Assembly (NCBI GenBank): GCA_040285745.1
Contig: JAUFOR010000001.1
Span: 372,001-436,000 of the forward strand
Source: Barthelona sp. PCE
Lineage: Eukaryota
Reading direction: 5' to 3'
Length of the DNA: 64,000 nucleotides
The position numbers and the translations under genes are program-made. This document shows, piece after piece, positions 61,145-64,000 of this stretch; position 1 is the first letter of the stretch, and the number at the start of each line of letters is the position of its first letter. A model generated the notes under the pieces. The model saw only the letters and a program-made list of their open reading frames with translations. It was not told the DNA's origin and searched no databases.

Positions 61145-64000
61145 ATGGATGTATACTCATACCTCACGACACAAATGCTTTCGCTCGAAAATATGAAAGA
61201 TCTTGCAAGTATTTTTTACAAAATAAGTTTGCAGGAGTTAAATTCATTCATTAACGATGGGAAAGCAGCATTGTACATACTCTACGAAGGTAGCGCAGAC
61301 CTTGTAACCTCTCTCTTGGGGCAAACCATTCATTTAGCATGTCTTCATCCAGGAGATACATTTTTAACGCCAAATTGTCTTGAATTAATAGCTTTAGAAC
61401 CGGATGACCACGTAGGCATGATGGATATCGACTATCGGTTTAAGAATATTTTGGACGTTGATGTAACATTTTTAGAGATACCCATCGAGTATTTTATTTG
61501 TTTGTTCGCCTCTCCTGTAACACAGATGGCAATGGAGTATCTTTTACTTGTCAAGGACTATAAAGATATCCTTTTTGTACTTTTTGCAAGCGCAGAATCA
61601 GAAATTCGCACTTTAAAAACGTTTATGTGTCTTAAAAAACTTCCAAAGGAGACTATAGAGAAACACACATTCGGAGACATGTCATATAATGACGCAATCA
61701 GCCTTGTCACCGAACTGGGTATCAGAATTGACAATCTTGACACCCATGAGATAGCAATGTCGTTGTTCTGTCTACAGGAGATAGATCTGACCTCCGAGTA
61801 CAGGGAGGGCTTCTTCCACGAGGATTTCAACACCGATCTGAAGTTTACAATGCAGGAAATGGAGAAGCAGGAGACTTCATTTGATATTTCGACGTTAGAC
61901 CCCGCAAAACTTAATAACAAGGGGTTCAAGGTGCTAAAAACAGAGCTACTAAGAAGAATGTTCATTAGGTACTTTAAGTATCTTTTGACATCAATTCCCG
62001 CCCATACAAACAATGACCCCTCTGTTCAGTCATTCGATGATCTGGGAAAGTTCCATGTGAGCCAAAACGATGCTGGGAATAAGATGATGGGGAGCGAGTC
62101 ATCTTCCAATCATCTTGTTTTTGAGAAGACCATAAGCTTCTTGAAAGGTGACCTCAAGAAGCTCCCTTCACCTGTCTTCTCTCCATCAACCGCTCGTAAG
62201 TTCTCCTGGGACCGCAGATTCAGCGACCTATCACTCACAAACAGCATCACCAGTGATTTCTTTGGTGAATTGACTTCCCCGAATGGATCACCGAGTAACC
62301 CGCTGCTGAAGCAAAAAAGCAGTGGCTCAAGCAAGTCCAGTAAGCTCGACCAGGTGATTGGGACCCGGAGATCAGCTTCAGCGGAACCATCCACCGTGAA
62401 AGCCTCTGAGAAAATGCTAAGTCTTGCTGCTCCGCCTGAAATGACACACTGCCCCTCAGAGTTCATTGATGTTAACGCCGATAGTATAACATCGAGTTTC
62501 ATTGGTCGTACTGACTCCGGAATATCGCTCAGACCTGCACCGAATACCATGCATAGAGCTGGGTCGTACAAGACTATCGATGAGCAATCTGTAGAGTTCG
62601 ATCCGTCAAAGGTGATGGAGATGGAAAACCATGATAGTTTAATCTTTGAGCAACCAAGCGGAGGAGAGTTTACCATCGAATTTAGTGATGGAAGCGAGAA
62701 TCAGCTGCTTTCTGTAGAGACCGACACTTCATCCGTCGCTGTGGCCTTTCCTATCAGCCAAAAGCACTCCCCATCGTCGCCTCTGTCTCCTGTAACACCC
62801 AATTTAGGTGGCGAGGATGATTTGTTTTCTGCGTTTCAGAGTATAGTTATGCTTGACCAAAATGAGAATGAAGACCCGGAGGACGTGAACAACAATGTAT
62901 TTTCCGTTTTCAAAAACATTCTCGTTGTCTGCAATGCACACCAAAAAAGCATTTTTGAAATTTTCTGCCGACAGCTAAAGTGTACGTCGGTGTTTCTTGA
63001 TATAGCATTCGATGTTTCGTATATAGCTGAGCGCCGCTCCACTTGCTATTACATGTTCCTTATCTTTTTGTACACTCTTGATTTGGTAACAGTGTTCAGT
63101 TTAGATGAGCTACGTCTACGACAGTTTTTTTACATTGTTTTTGATTTTATGAGCCCCACAAACAGATATCATAACAGAAAGCATGTAATCGATGTGTCTT
63201 ACGCTGTTCTTTTGTTCATGAAGGAAATGTCATTCAAGGAAGTGTTCTCTTCCGATGAGGTACTAGCACTCATGCTTTGTGCGCTCGTGCATGACGCTGG
63301 GCACTTTGGCAAGACGGAAGATGTGTTAAGGAAGACTGACCATATCGTCATTAATAAGTTCAAGGAACACGAGTCCCCCCTCGAATACTTTTCTGTATGC
63401 ATTTTTGAATTTGCTTTGGAGCAGTCGGGACTCCTATCTCACCTTGATCCAACGCGTGTGAAGCGTATCATCAACATGTGTGGTTCGATTATTCTTGCCA
63501 CCGACATGAAACGACACGCGCACTACCTTGACATGGGGTGTGAGCTGGAGGGTATGCAGTTAGGCGAGCTGAATGAGAGCGGAAGACTCGTATTTTTGCA
63601 GCTTCTATTTAAATGCGCTGATATTTCCAACTTGTGCAGGGGTTTTAACATTGCTAAACGATGGGCCAGTCGTTTATATGGAGAAATTGAGGATATGAAG
63701 AAGGATTTCCCAGATATTCCACAATCACTCTCTGTAGAACGAGATGATCCTGCAACGCTAGTGCAGCAGCAGATGTCCTTCATATCATATGTTGCCGAGC
63801 CTTTGTTCAGGCTGGTAATCACTGTGCTTCCCCAATTCAAGTATTTTTTGGATATCATGCAAGTTAACTATGAACTGTGGTCTTTGCGTTTGGCCCGCAT
63901 TAATTTGACACCGTTGGCTACACCGAATGAGGTTGCCATATCCACATCAGCAGACATTGATGATGAGCTGGAGACGGAGTTTTTCAGTGGAACCATGACG
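61145..64000 (+). CDS. Class I 3',5'-cyclic nucleotide phosphodiesterase with N-terminal cNMP-binding-like region (>=952 aa, 3' end outside window; may begin at 61072 or 60994 via a small intron)
   Basis: Not in the ORF track (no stop in window). ATG 61145 is in frame with YHNRKHVIDV (63167), ALVHDAGH (63290), ILATDM, LFKCADISN and QQQMSFISYVAEPLF. Confidence 0.88.
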   Translation, partial: MDVYSYLTTQMLSLENMKDLASIFYKISLQELNSFINDGKAALYILYEGSADLVTSLLGQTIHLACLHPGDTFLTPNCLELIALEPDDHVGMMDIDYRFKNILDVDVTFLEIPIEYFICLFASPVTQMAMEYLLLVKDYKDILFVLFASAESEIRTLKTFMCLKKLPKETIEKHTFGDMSYNDAISLVTELGIRIDNLDTHEIAMSLFCLQEIDLTSEYREGFFHEDFNTDLKFTMQEMEKQETSFDISTLDPAKLNNKGFKVLKTELLRRMFIRYFKYLLTSIPAHTNNDPSVQSFDDLGKFHVSQNDAGNKMMGSESSSNHLVFEKTISFLKGDLKKLPSPVFSPSTARKFSWDRRFSDLSLTNSITSDFFGELTSPNGSPSNPLLKQKSSGSSKSSKLDQVIGTRRSASAEPSTVKASEKMLSLAAPPEMTHCPSEFIDVNADSITSSFIGRTDSGISLRPAPNTMHRAGSYKTIDEQSVEFDPSKVMEMENHDSLIFEQPSGGEFTIEFSDGSENQLLSVETDTSSVAVAFPISQKHSPSSPLSPVTPNLGGEDDLFSAFQSIVMLDQNENEDPEDVNNNVFSVFKNILVVCNAHQKSIFEIFCRQLKCTSVFLDIAFDVSYIAERRSTCYYMFLIFLYTLDLVTVFSLDELRLRQFFYIVFDFMSPTNRYHNRKHVIDVSYAVLLFMKEMSFKEVFSSDEVLALMLCALVHDAGHFGKTEDVLRKTDHIVINKFKEHESPLEYFSVCIFEFALEQSGLLSHLDPTRVKRIINMCGSIILATDMKRHAHYLDMGCELEGMQLGELNESGRLVFLQLLFKCADISNLCRGFNIAKRWASRLYGEIEDMKKDFPDIPQSLSVERDDPATLVQQQMSFISYVAEPLFRLVITVLPQFKYFLDIMQVNYELWSLRLARINLTPLATPNEVAISTSADIDDELETEFFSGTMT

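Noticed and set aside
61558-63858. Minus-strand ORFs of 66-188 aa
   Set aside because: Antisense shadows of the plus-strand phosphodiesterase
1-64000. CRISPR arrays, rRNA/tRNA genes, transposons, long DNA-level tandem repeats
   Set aside because: None seen by eye; the repeats are detectable only at protein level

Overview
Gene-dense, intron-poor eukaryotic DNA read in the standard code. It comes from a flagellated microbial eukaryote (PACRG and WDR92 are present), and the splice and 3'-end motifs suggest a metamonad-like protist (inference). The first two thirds of the window is one giant minus-strand reading frame missing from the ORF track because its stop lies outside the window: ATG at 42803 running off the left edge, at least 14,267 codons. 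It encodes a type I membrane protein with a signal peptide and about 13,900 aa of ectodomain. The ectodomain is two capped beta-helix-like rods joined by EGF repeats, with a His/Tyr-rich segment, an inserted LamG-like domain, an EGF/PSI module and a juxtamembrane domain resembling the FRAS1/FREM2 C-terminus. One TM helix and a cytoplasmic tail of at least 315 aa follow. The short ORFs listed in 1-42.8 kb are shadows of this gene. The rest of the window holds WDR92, a TMBIM/BI-1 protein, two orphan genes, DNA ligase I, a coiled-coil protein, a secreted orphan, CTR9, PACRG (with a 55-nt intron), threonyl-tRNA synthetase, and a second untracked ORF running off the right edge: a class I cyclic-nucleotide phosphodiesterase with an N-terminal cNMP-binding-like domain. 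All domain calls are by-eye translations and motif recognition, not database searches.
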